From IMG/VR virus record IMGVR_UViG_3300025684_000011: a stretch of 64,000 bases of DNA. One strand, given 5' to 3'. Positions 47,710-57,329 of this stretch are shown here, in pieces. Position numbers and translations under genes: made by a program. How positions within the stretch are numbered: the first letter of the stretch is position 1; every line of letters begins with the position of its first letter. Source of the stretch: a virus. The notes under the pieces were generated by a model. The model saw only the letters and a list, made by a program, of their open reading frames with translations, was not told the origin of the DNA and ran no database searches.

Positions 47710-50208
47710 ATGCCACTTTTTAGAGGTCAACTAAAGCACATTAGGGGTTTAACAGACTATAAAGACAGCGTTCTTGTAGCCTCAACAAATAATGTTGGAG
47801 TAACATCAACTATATCTTCTGTTGATGGAGTTACTTTATCTGAAGGAGATAGAATACTTCTAGTAGGACAAACTACTACAACAGAAAATGGCATCTATGC
47901 AAGTCAATCTAACGGAACAATAGCAAGAGCATTTGATGCAGATAGTACTGAAGAGTTTTCTTCTGGTATGACTGTTTATGTTGAACAAGGAACTAGTAAT
48001 GGCAAGAGCACTTGGCTCTTGATAACAACTGGAGAGATTGTATTAGGTACTACTTCGCTTCAATTCCAAAAGCAATCACAGATATATGATTCTCTTGAAG
48101 GAACATATGGCGGAGCATCAAAATCTTTAACTTTAGGAGTACAAAAAAACGGAGTTATTACTACTGTAACTGAAAATACATTAGATTCAGATAATGTAAC
48201 TGAAGGATCATCAAATCTTTATCATACAACTGCAAGAGCTAGAGCTTCTATATCAGCCTCTGGTAGCAATTTAAGTTATAATTCCTCAACTGGTTCTATG
48301 TCATTTACCTCTGCAAGTTTAACTCCAGGTACAGGTATTACTGGAGATAATTTTGACACTTCAACAAACAAAACATTTGCTATTGATACATCAGTAATAC
48401 CGACATTAAGTTCTGGTGTTTCTGTCTTTACAAATGATGCCGGATACATTACAGGTTATACTGTTACTGAAAGTGATGTTACAACTCATCAAGCGGCTTT
48501 AAGTATAACCGAAAGCCAAATTAGTGATTTATCAAGTTATATTACAGCTAGTTCAACAGACACATTAACTAATAAAACAATTGGTGCGTCAACAATCTCA
48601 GGAAACTTAATTCCAGATACAACAGAAACATACGACCTTGGATCGTCAACTTATAGATTTAATGACCTTTATCTAGCAGGTAGTACTATTGATTTAGGTG
48701 GTGCTAAACTAACAAATGATGGTAGTGATAACCTTGATATTAAAGATAGTTCGGGTAATAGAAAAATAATTAGAGCAAGTGCTATTGAATTGGTAGATAG
48801 CTCCGGTAAAAAAATTAAAATTGAACGAGACGCCACTTCAGGTAAAATGAAATCACGTAAATTTGATTCAAGTGGTAATGCAGAAGCAGATGGAGATGAC
48901 GTTAACGAAATATCAGAAGACAAAACACCACAACTAGGTGGTACATTGGATGCTAATGGAAACTATATTGATATGGGTTCTAATAACATTACAGATACAA
49001 AAGTTGGTCAATGGGATACCTCATACGGATGGGGAAATCATGCAAGTTCAAATTATCTAACAGATTATACTGTTACGGAATCAGATGTTACTGGACACCA
49101 ATCAGCACTAAGCATAACTGAATCACAAATTAGTGATCTAGACGATTACCTCCCAATAACTTTATCAACAGTGGTTGATGGGCGAGTCGACGTTGATTCA
49201 ATCTCTCAAATACGTTTTATTTTAGACGAAACCACTTCTGGTTCGCAAGGTAATGTATCAAATACATCGAGTTATAATATTGCTTTGTCTGTTTCACCTA
49301 ATGTTACTATAGGATACGATACCTCAGGAATATTTTATATAAGCGACAGCAATCGTGGAACATACGAAGACATAATTCTAAGGACAAATGGAACAGGTAC
49401 CAGCGCCAACGGTTTTGCTAATCCGTCAGGTGCCACTAGTATATTTGGTTTTAGAGGTAACTCATCTACCACTGGCTATAGATCCCTTACAACTGCAAGC
49501 CTTAATACATCAAGTTATACAAAACTTGGTTTTGACATAATCCAAGGTACTGGCAGTAACGGTGGTGAAGGTACTGATAGTACTGATGATTTTAAAATCT
49601 ACTATAGTACTAACGGTGGCTCAAGTTACACACTTATGCAAACATACTACGGAAGTCCAAGAGCATATGACACCTGGACTACTGTAGCAATTAGTTTACC
49701 ATCAGGTGCTATAGGAAGTAGTGTTAAATTTAAATTTGAAAACATTCATACTAATACTGGAGACTTTGATCATTGGGCTATTAGTAAAGTTAATTTGAAC
49801 ACTATAGAAACTAGTGTTCCATACTTTCGATTAGATGTAGGAAGTGGAACAGTTATAGATTCTCTTGAAAATAGTACAACTTTTACAGGCAATTTAGTTG
49901 GTGATGTAACAGGTAATGTCATAGGTGCTGTTACAGGAACTTCGGGTTCCTTTAGTAGTAATTTACAAAGTAATGGTAATTTTTATGCTAATGGATCATA
50001 TACCTATCTAGCAAATAGTACTAACGATAGAGTTTATATAAGAACTCCGCTACTTTATTTCAACAATGTCTTAATTACAGCCACAGGAACTGAACTTAAT
50101 TATGTAGATGGTGTTACAAGTAATGTTCAAACTCAACTAGATACCAAGGCATCGCTTACTGGTGTAGAAACCTTGGATAACAAGAGCATAGACGGTGGTT
50201 CTTTCTAA
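47710..50208 (+). CDS. Fibre protein with a probable receptor-binding beta domain
   Basis: VDGVTLSEGDRILL..Q....ENGIY N-terminal module, ITESQISDL repeats, reelin-like DHWAIS domain; ends IDGGSF. Confidence 0.7.
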   Translation: MPLFRGQLKHIRGLTDYKDSVLVASTNNVGVTSTISSVDGVTLSEGDRILLVGQTTTTENGIYASQSNGTIARAFDADSTEEFSSGMTVYVEQGTSNGKSTWLLITTGEIVLGTTSLQFQKQSQIYDSLEGTYGGASKSLTLGVQKNGVITTVTENTLDSDNVTEGSSNLYHTTARARASISASGSNLSYNSSTGSMSFTSASLTPGTGITGDNFDTSTNKTFAIDTSVIPTLSSGVSVFTNDAGYITGYTVTESDVTTHQAALSITESQISDLSSYITASSTDTLTNKTIGASTISGNLIPDTTETYDLGSSTYRFNDLYLAGSTIDLGGAKLTNDGSDNLDIKDSSGNRKIIRASAIELVDSSGKKIKIERDATSGKMKSRKFDSSGNAEADGDDVNEISEDKTPQLGGTLDANGNYIDMGSNNITDTKVGQWDTSYGWGNHASSNYLTDYTVTESDVTGHQSALSITESQISDLDDYLPITLSTVVDGRVDVDSISQIRFILDETTSGSQGNVSNTSSYNIALSVSPNVTIGYDTSGIFYISDSNRGTYEDIILRTNGTGTSANGFANPSGATSIFGFRGNSSTTGYRSLTTASLNTSSYTKLGFDIIQGTGSNGGEGTDSTDDFKIYYSTNGGSSYTLMQTYYGSPRAYDTWTTVAISLPSGAIGSSVKFKFENIHTNTGDFDHWAISKVNLNTIETSVPYFRLDVGSGTVIDSLENSTTFTGNLVGDVTGNVIGAVTGTSGSFSSNLQSNGNFYANGSYTYLANSTNDRVYIRTPLLYFNNVLITATGTELNYVDGVTSNVQTQLDTKASLTGVETLDNKSIDGGSF

Positions 50209-50258
50209 TAATTTATATTATTATTAGCTCTAATAAAACACTCAAATAAAACAATTTG

Positions 50259-50266
50259 TATAAATA
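50259..50266 (+). promoter_or_regulatory. T4-type late promoter TATAAATA
   Basis: Exact T4 late consensus about 70 nt upstream of the 50336 fibre gene. Confidence 0.7.
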
Positions 50267-50335
50267 ACAACGGAACACAAAAAATGAGAGCCGATTCTCT
50301 CATTGTGCTTATTATAACCCGGGAGTATATACTCA

Positions 50336-52177
50336 ATGGCAAATACCATTATTTTAAAAAGATCCGCAACACAAAACAACATACCTACTACCTCACAACT
50401 TGAGCTTGGTGAAGTAGCAATCAACACATATGACGGTAAAGTTTACATTAAAAAATCTGTCTCTGGTTCAGCCAGTATTGTTGAAGTTGGTCCTGTTGTA
50501 AGTGTCAACGGTTCTACAGGAGCAGTAACAATTGGAACAGATGAAACTGCAGAAGGTTCAACTAACCTTTATTACACAGATGCGAGAGTAAGAGCGGCAA
50601 TTTCCGCAGGAACTGGCATCACATACAATTCAACATCAGGTGAGATTCAAACAGCTCAAGATATAACAACTGCAGGATCACCATCATTTGCTGGTTTAAC
50701 ATTAACTGGCAATGCAGAAACACTAAGTCTTATCCCAGCCTCAGACAACGTATACAGTCTAGGTTCGGCTTCTAAAGCATATGCTGACATTTATGTTGGT
50801 CCAGGATCGCTTTACATTAACGGTAAGAAAACAATCGAAGACAATTCAAATACAATGACGTTTTCTACAGATTCAGACCAAGATATGAGAGTATCTACAT
50901 CAGGTTCTGGTTCTGTTGAATTACTTGCAAGTGGAACAGGTAACATTCAGGTTATGGGAACACTTTCAATACAAACATCAAAGAGAATTGTTGACTCAGC
51001 AGGAGTTAATGTTGAATTTGGAGATCCAATTCACATGAATTCTAATAAACTTACTAACTTAGCAGAACCTACAGCTAGTACAGATGGTGCAACTAAGAAT
51101 TATGTTGATACAGCAATTACTAACTTAGTAGATGCTTCACCAGCTACACTTGATACATTGAACGAGTTAGCCGCGGCACTTGGTGACGATGCAAACTTTT
51201 CAACAACAATTACTACTTCAATTGCAACTAAGTTAAACTCAGCAGACTATACTGCCTCTGATGTTTTAACTAAAATTAAAACAGTTGATGGAGCCGCATC
51301 TGGTTTAGATGCTGACATCTTAGATGGTCAACAAGGTTCTTATTACCTAGATGCTAACAACTTTACTAACATGCCAGATTATAGTGGTGATTTTTCAAGT
51401 AAACTAGACGCATCATCTTATACTGCCTCTGATGTTTTAACTAAAATTAAAACAGTTGATGGCGCAGGTTCTGGACTAGACGCTGACTTATTAGACGGTC
51501 AATCAAGTGCCTATTATGCAACTGCAAGTTCAGTAGCTACTAATACTTCAAAATTAGCTACTATTGAGTCTAATGCAACAGCAGACCAAACAGCATCAGA
51601 AATCTTAACACTTATCAAAACAGTTGATGGCGCAGGTTCTGGACTAGATGCTGACTTATTAGACGGTCAATCAAGTGCCTACTACTTAGATGGTAATAAC
51701 TTTATCAATATGCCGGCAACTGGTGTTACATCTGTTGCAACTTCAAACGGGTTAACTGGTGGTACTATTACTGGAACAGGAACTTTATCCATGTCTGGTT
51801 CTTACACAGGAACATTTAATGTTACTGGTGAAATTAAGGCAACTGGCGAAGTAACAGCTTACTTCTCGGATGAAAGACTTAAGAAAGATATTGTACCTGT
51901 AACTGGAGCACTTCAAGGTGTTATGGCAATGGGCGGATATACTTATAAAGCTAATGATCTTGCCGCAGAGCTTGGTGTTGAAAGAACTGACAATCAAATT
52001 GGACTTCTAGCACAAGAAGTTGAAGCACAATTTCCTGAGTTAGTTACAGAGTCAGCACTAGCAGGCTATAAGACAATTAGATACGATAAGATGGTTACAG
52101 TTTTAGTTGAAGCAATGAAAGAGCAACAAGCAATGATTGAGCAACTACAAGCTGATGTAAAGAAGACTTTACATTGA
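50336..52177 (+). CDS. Tail fibre with a C-terminal peptidase S74 intramolecular chaperone
   Basis: IILKRS...LELGEVAIN N-terminus, GSGLDADLLDG repeats, YFSDERLKKDI...IGLLAQEVE..FPELV. Confidence 0.85.
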   Translation: MANTIILKRSATQNNIPTTSQLELGEVAINTYDGKVYIKKSVSGSASIVEVGPVVSVNGSTGAVTIGTDETAEGSTNLYYTDARVRAAISAGTGITYNSTSGEIQTAQDITTAGSPSFAGLTLTGNAETLSLIPASDNVYSLGSASKAYADIYVGPGSLYINGKKTIEDNSNTMTFSTDSDQDMRVSTSGSGSVELLASGTGNIQVMGTLSIQTSKRIVDSAGVNVEFGDPIHMNSNKLTNLAEPTASTDGATKNYVDTAITNLVDASPATLDTLNELAAALGDDANFSTTITTSIATKLNSADYTASDVLTKIKTVDGAASGLDADILDGQQGSYYLDANNFTNMPDYSGDFSSKLDASSYTASDVLTKIKTVDGAGSGLDADLLDGQSSAYYATASSVATNTSKLATIESNATADQTASEILTLIKTVDGAGSGLDADLLDGQSSAYYLDGNNFINMPATGVTSVATSNGLTGGTITGTGTLSMSGSYTGTFNVTGEIKATGEVTAYFSDERLKKDIVPVTGALQGVMAMGGYTYKANDLAAELGVERTDNQIGLLAQEVEAQFPELVTESALAGYKTIRYDKMVTVLVEAMKEQQAMIEQLQADVKKTLH

Positions 52178-52203
52178 TTTTTAAACTAATAGGAGTATAA
52201 GAT

Positions 52204-52416
52204 ATGCCAAACGCATTTCCGGCTACTGGGTCTACAAAATCAATGGGTCGTATCAGAAGAGGTTTTGTTGCTTCTGGTAGTCATTACGCAACTGGAGGAT
52301 TCGGATTAAGAGGAACACTAGCAAACTATATCGGTATTACTAGTGGAACAGTATCAATTAGTTCAACATTTGGTGGTTACTATGCCACAAATAGTACAGA
52401 CGACACTGATAATTAA
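52204..52416 (+). CDS. Small fibre-tip or adhesin-like protein
   Basis: 70 aa, Gly/Ser-rich; AGGAG ribosome-binding site; directly after the S74 fibre. Confidence 0.6.
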   Translation: MPNAFPATGSTKSMGRIRRGFVASGSHYATGGFGLRGTLANYIGITSGTVSISSTFGGYYATNSTDDTDN

Positions 52417-52444
52417 TCTTAATTAAAGACCTTAAGAGTATAAT

Positions 52445-52472
52445 AAGAAAGGAGCTAATAGCTCCTTTCTTT
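52445..52472 (+). terminator. Intrinsic terminator
   Basis: aagaaaggagcta-a-tagctcctttctt inverted repeat. Confidence 0.8.
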
Positions 52473-52530
52473 ATGGGTAAAACACCATACCAAATATAAG
52501 ATATATAATAAGGAGTCAAAAGGAGATACC

Positions 52531-53055
52531 ATGACAAAATCTGCAGAATCAATTATTAACGAAGTGCGTAATGTACAATCTGGTGTTCCGTTTAGAACAA
52601 GTTTTGAAAGAGAAAACTTTGTTTATAATGAAGCGGAAGGTCCTAGGTTAGTATTAATTTTATGCCAAGATCTTACACAACTGTTTAATCACCACGAAAC
52701 AGCATGTCAATCAGAGTGGGAAAAAGAAGCAGTACTTAAAGAAATGAATATTGTACAAGATAAGTTAAACGAAGTAATGGAAGAACTTGGTGTAACTAAT
52801 CCAGAAGAGTTTGTTAATGCATTAGAAGAAGCTGAACCAGAATATTGGTCAGAAACATTATCAAGGCGTGCGGCTGTTGAAGCATTATCAAACAAACAAA
52901 GTACTGCTAATATGAGTGATATGTTAAACTTACCACTTGAAGTATATGAACAAACAATTATGAAAACGCAAACGTACCTTAATGTAGTTAATAAAACAAC
53001 TAGGGTAGCAGAACGTACAGCAAATAGAAGAGCACAGGACGAAGACGAAGAATAG
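52531..53055 (+). CDS. Hypothetical helical protein
   Basis: 174 aa; AAGGAG ribosome-binding site; coupled to the GT2 gene. Confidence 0.7.
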   Translation: MTKSAESIINEVRNVQSGVPFRTSFERENFVYNEAEGPRLVLILCQDLTQLFNHHETACQSEWEKEAVLKEMNIVQDKLNEVMEELGVTNPEEFVNALEEAEPEYWSETLSRRAAVEALSNKQSTANMSDMLNLPLEVYEQTIMKTQTYLNVVNKTTRVAERTANRRAQDEDEE

Positions 53056-53056
53056 A

Positions 53057-53704
53057 ATGTTCGGTAAGAATCTAAAAGCCGTGCCTGTAACCAGTAGAGG
53101 AAGTCATATTGCTATATGTATTCCAACTAATGGACTTTTACATTCTGAATTCGCATTTTTTCTAATTGACGCAATACGTTATACAGAAAGACAAGGATAC
53201 ATAGTTGACATACTTATGGATCTTGGAACAGTATTAAGTAGTCAGAGGCAATTCCTAGCTAGAAGGGCTATCAATGATCATAATGCAGATTATATTATGT
53301 GGTTTGATAGTGATATGACATTTCCAGAAGATACGATTGTTAATTTATTAGAAAGAAATAAAGATGTAGTTTGTGCAACATATTCTAAAAGAGTAGAGCC
53401 CTTTCATGCAACTGCCTTTGAAGAAATTAATCCTGTTGTCCCAGTTGAAATGAGCGGTAGTTTAAAAAAAGTAAAGTATGCTGGAATGGGTTGTATGCTA
53501 GTAAAAGCAGATGTATATGCTTCAATACCTGCTCCGTGGTTTCCTTTAACATGGCATGAACAAACAGATAGCTGGCATGGAGAAGATATGGGATTTTGTA
53601 CAAAAGCTATTGAAGCCGGTTATGATATCTGGTGTGATATTGATCTTAGTGTTAACATTGGTCATTTAGGTCAACAAGAATTTTTGTTGAGTCGGGAAGA
53701 CTAG
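53057..53704 (+). CDS. Glycosyltransferase family 2-like
   Basis: IAICIPT, YIMWFDSDM (DxD), GMGCMLVK, GEDMGFC and IGHLG. Confidence 0.85.
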   Translation: MFGKNLKAVPVTSRGSHIAICIPTNGLLHSEFAFFLIDAIRYTERQGYIVDILMDLGTVLSSQRQFLARRAINDHNADYIMWFDSDMTFPEDTIVNLLERNKDVVCATYSKRVEPFHATAFEEINPVVPVEMSGSLKKVKYAGMGCMLVKADVYASIPAPWFPLTWHEQTDSWHGEDMGFCTKAIEAGYDIWCDIDLSVNIGHLGQQEFLLSRED

Positions 53705-54077
53705 AAAAGAATCCACACCATCTATGCAACTTTTTTAAGTTAATCCCAGCACTAATATGAAATTCTGGTAGAGAAACATTATTAACAACATTCCTCATTA
53801 ATACACCATCAATGACTGTACTTTTTACAAGTTTAGCCTTTAGGTTAGTATCTTCGCATATAATTTGTATAATTGGATGATTCCAGTTTTCGTCAAATAT
53901 AATCTTTCTGGCTTCTAAGTACCAACGTTCTGTGTAGCAAATATTATCTTTATATAACTTGTTTAACAGAGGATTATTCAATCTTTCTTCGTTACACAAT
54001 GTAAATTGCATCTGTTTATGGGGACCACTGTAAAACTCAGCTGGAATTTTATCTTTAACTAATTTTAAACTCATCAC
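53652..54077 (-). CDS. Hypothetical protein
   Basis: 141-aa ORF ending the neck operon and overlapping the convergent GT2 3' end. Confidence 0.55.
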   Translation of the reverse strand: MMSLKLVKDKIPAEFYSGPHKQMQFTLCNEERLNNPLLNKLYKDNICYTERWYLEARKIIFDENWNHPIIQIICEDTNLKAKLVKSTVIDGVLMRNVVNNVSLPEFHISAGINLKKLHRWCGFFSSLPDSTKILVDLNDQC

Positions 54078-54492
54078 TTAGTATACTCTTTAACGTTTCT
54101 TTAAATGCTCTGCTCTTGAACATTTTTCCTGTATTATAATGGAGTGGTGACGGCCATGAATTTAGTTTAACCCAACAGTATCCAGCACTCTCGTTGTTTA
54201 ATATAGGATTAAATTCTTCCTCGCATAAAACAGCATAACTTACATGCCTAAAATGTCGATTTCTTGTTGTGAATGTATAGATATGACTGATACCAATAGT
54301 ATCAGGAACTCCTGGATGTCCGAGTTCTTCGACTAGCTCTCTTTTAAGTCCTTCTAAGTCGCCTTCGTTGCCTATGAGTTTTCCTCCCCATAACCCCCAA
54401 CACATACTATGACGCTCTTCTTCACTTCTTAATTGCATCATCGCTCTTTGTGTTTTCTGACATATAATTAATGCTCCTACTGCTCTTAACAT
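54055..54492 (-). CDS. NUDIX hydrolase
   Basis: Nudix box GGKLIGNEGDLEGLKRELVEELG. Confidence 0.9.
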   Translation of the reverse strand: MLRAVGALIICQKTQRAMMQLRSEEERHSMCWGLWGGKLIGNEGDLEGLKRELVEELGHPGVPDTIGISHIYTFTTRNRHFRHVSYAVLCEEEFNPILNNESAGYCWVKLNSWPSPLHYNTGKMFKSRAFKETLKSILSDEFKIS

Positions 54493-54499
54493 GATAAAA

Positions 54500-55873
54500 C
54501 TAGTTAACTATCCTCCAATAACCTTGTTCAAATATTCCTTCTATTGCTATTACCCAAGTTTCTCCATCGTAGTACAACTTCTCACCTGAATTAGCATTGG
54601 TAGTATACCCTATTGTGTTTACCGCCGTTGAGTCGAAGCTCACTACCCAATCTGTGCCATTATATTCAATAATATCGTCTTCTCCTGCTTGTAATAATCC
54701 CCACGGACCTCCGTCAAATGGAACAACATTACTAACTAGCAGATATCGCTGACCGGTTGCTTCTGCTGGTAAATTTCCAACTCCGGGTTGTGATTTCTGT
54801 GGATTAATAATACCATTGATAGAAGTAATTGTATCATTTGGCAATGTATCTTGATTCAATGTAAAAGCAATCAGATTTTCGTTGGTGTTTACAATAGTAT
54901 CACATATTAATATAACCTCGTCGGCTTCGTCTGCAAAAGCTGAACTTGGACCTATTCTTAATCTAATTTCTGTAATACCCGGTTTGAATCCACCATGCAA
55001 ATTAAAATGGGTTGTCCAATTTAATAAATCTGATCCTTGTGTTTTATCAATATTAGTATTATCATTATTTAATAATTCAATATTATCTGAATTTACTTTA
55101 ATATGTCTATTTTCAAAAGTAAGCCATTGTCTTTGTGTATTTCCGTTAAAATTAATATTTAAACTTTCAATACTTACATTATCAATATCTTCATATGAAG
55201 ATTGTAAGATGCTATGTATAAGAACTTGTCTCTTAATTTTTGCAGGTGGTGTTAAGTAGATTGGTAATTGATATATCAAGCTCGAAACATCAATAATATC
55301 ATCTTGTCCATTTGGAATCTGTCTTGCTGTCCATGTGGTATTGATTAATTCAACAACTCCTAAACTTGTCCAATCAAATGGATTATCACTACTTTGTAAG
55401 TTAACACTTGGATTAAAAAGTAATAGTATTTGCTCTAGTAATTGTAATTTTTGTTCTGTATTACTAGTCCATATATCAACATTAAGAGTTAAATCATAAG
55501 GAATAGGAGATATTCTTTCTAGTGTATAAGACTCGCCAAGTTCATCTAAAAACTCATTATTATTAGAATCAAACTTCTTTTCTAATACTTGAGCTCTGTC
55601 AATATGAGTTGGATTTAATCTTCTTTCTGGACTAGGAAGTAATTCTGAAATATAAACAGATATAAATGGAACAGTATTAATTTTATTTTCTGAATTTTCC
55701 TTAATAATATGAGATGCCATTCTGCTAGTATCGCCATATCTAACCGGTACTAAATGAAAGTTATCTGCTCCATTGTCGTCTTTACCCATCTTGACAGAAA
55801 ATCCGCCAAATACTCTCATAAATTGTACTAGCCATCTTCTTATTTGTTGATCATAAAAATATGTTTGTGCCAT
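54500..55873 (-). CDS. gp15: Tail sheath stabiliser / terminator, gp15-like, with a C-terminal extension
   Basis: YFYDQQIRR, VPVRYGD, PIPYDL...QLLEQILLLFNP. Confidence 0.8.
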   Translation of the reverse strand: MAQTYFYDQQIRRWLVQFMRVFGGFSVKMGKDDNGADNFHLVPVRYGDTSRMASHIIKENSENKINTVPFISVYISELLPSPERRLNPTHIDRAQVLEKKFDSNNNEFLDELGESYTLERISPIPYDLTLNVDIWTSNTEQKLQLLEQILLLFNPSVNLQSSDNPFDWTSLGVVELINTTWTARQIPNGQDDIIDVSSLIYQLPIYLTPPAKIKRQVLIHSILQSSYEDIDNVSIESLNINFNGNTQRQWLTFENRHIKVNSDNIELLNNDNTNIDKTQGSDLLNWTTHFNLHGGFKPGITEIRLRIGPSSAFADEADEVILICDTIVNTNENLIAFTLNQDTLPNDTITSINGIINPQKSQPGVGNLPAEATGQRYLLVSNVVPFDGGPWGLLQAGEDDIIEYNGTDWVVSFDSTAVNTIGYTTNANSGEKLYYDGETWVIAIEGIFEQGYWRIVN

Positions 55874-56118
55874 TATTTTTTATCCTGTTTCAATATTTGT
55901 TTTTGCATTTCCTCAAGAGTTTCATTGTTTACACATTGTATATTTAACTCTGTTATGTTTGGAAAAGCCGATCTTAAACCTTTATCTAAACCGTCTGCAT
56001 ATATTGTTTGGTATCCCTTGCAATCGTTAGCATTTTTAAATTTTAAAGACGTGTTTATTTTTAACTCAACCTCTTCAGATCCTGCAAACATTACTAAAGC
56101 CACTAGAAACCATGTCAT
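55873..56118 (-). CDS. Small exported or membrane protein
   Basis: 81 aa; hydrophobic N-terminus MTWFLVALVMFAG; two Cys. Confidence 0.6.
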   Translation of the reverse strand: MTWFLVALVMFAGSEEVELKINTSLKFKNANDCKGYQTIYADGLDKGLRSAFPNITELNIQCVNNETLEEMQKQILKQDKK

Positions 56119-57219
56119 CTAATCATCCGTCCTAGGTTTTTTAAATACTTTAGATAAATTTTGCTTTTCGCTAGTAATACCTTTTTCGTCTGCTGGATTA
56201 CTAGATCTAGTTTTGTTCTCATTATTAATAAATGCATTAGTTGGTGTTCTAGGTCGTAAGTCGCCTCCAAATCCTGCTTGTTCAACACTATCAAATATTC
56301 TAAGCCATTTTTTACCTATATACTGGAATAATCTATTAGGAACAAAATCACTTCTAATAAAATATTCTTGCTGGTCAGGATTGTTAGGAAAACTTAAACC
56401 AGATGAAACTAAATTCGTATCTGGTAATCCGCCTACTTTAATATCTTTTACAGGTCCGCTATCCGGATCTGCTGTTGGCTCTTTTCCTTCTTTATCTCCA
56501 AAGAAAGATGAATCATCCCATAAGCCTGAGTTTGGTACAAGCACTTCTGAGGAGGCAATAACTGCTTCAGAAATTTCAACTTCTTTTTGGTAGGTACTTA
56601 ATGCATTCTTTAAACTATCTTCATCTTCTGGGTCACCAAGTATTCCTCGATATTCCTGTGCATCCATCATTGGAGATGCTTTTATTCTCCATAAATGAGG
56701 CCACCATGTAGGACCAAAACCTTCTGCGGCCCTAGATGCATCATTAATAACATAAAATTTATTAATGCTCTTTGCACTAGCATCTAATAGTAAGTCATCA
56801 TTTAAGTGAGGTAACTCTATAACATCACCAGCCATAAGTTTTCTACCTAATATAGAAGCCATATCGTTTGTATGGAAAGTAATAAAAATAGTATCAGCAC
56901 TAAGGAATAAACCAAACTGGCTTAAATCAAAGTCAGTATCTGCAACATTATATGTTCCTCTTAATTCGTAAATTGTAGTATCATAGACACGATCTCTATT
57001 TTCTAGAAATAGTAAATCTTGTATATCCAACTCAGATACATCACCTTTTGCTTGTAAATTTGGTTGTGCAGGATCACCTGTTTCTCCTTGTGAAGCAGGG
57101 CCTAAGTACTTGTGGATATAGATAGAGGTACCACCTGCATTAACAGCTTCTCGTATAATGCGGTCTTGGTAGTGATAATCCTTACCTTTGTCGTTATTCC
57201 AGAGTTGAATTCTTGGCAT
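56119..57219 (-). CDS. gp14: Neck (head completion) protein, gp14-like
   Basis: DLLFLENRDRVYD, DLSQFGLFL, GDVIELPH; between gp13 and gp15. Confidence 0.75.
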   Translation of the reverse strand: MPRIQLWNNDKGKDYHYQDRIIREAVNAGGTSIYIHKYLGPASQGETGDPAQPNLQAKGDVSELDIQDLLFLENRDRVYDTTIYELRGTYNVADTDFDLSQFGLFLSADTIFITFHTNDMASILGRKLMAGDVIELPHLNDDLLLDASAKSINKFYVINDASRAAEGFGPTWWPHLWRIKASPMMDAQEYRGILGDPEDEDSLKNALSTYQKEVEISEAVIASSEVLVPNSGLWDDSSFFGDKEGKEPTADPDSGPVKDIKVGGLPDTNLVSSGLSFPNNPDQQEYFIRSDFVPNRLFQYIGKKWLRIFDSVEQAGFGGDLRPRTPTNAFINNENKTRSSNPADEKGITSEKQNLSKVFKKPRTDD

Positions 57220-57267
57220 AAATGCTCCTTAATTACATATATTGTATTTACCGTTCTTAGATTTAGG

Positions 57268-57296
57268 TTGACACCAAGGTAAGAATACTATATACT
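57268..57296 (+). promoter_or_regulatory. Sigma70-type promoter
   Basis: TTGACA (57268), 17 nt, TATACT (57291). Confidence 0.85.
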
Positions 57297-57329
57297 TACT
57301 AGTAGTTAGTTAGAAATAGGAGAATATCT

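Noticed and set aside
32060-48923. Minus-strand ORFs up to 261 aa antisense to tape measure, head and fibre genes
   Set aside because: Mirror-frame artefacts with Ser/Leu/Pro-rich composition and no ribosome-binding site
41618-52177. Possible diversity-generating retroelement or invertible tail-fibre system
   Set aside because: No reverse transcriptase, invertase, adenine-specific template/variable repeat pair or flanking inverted repeats seen in the window
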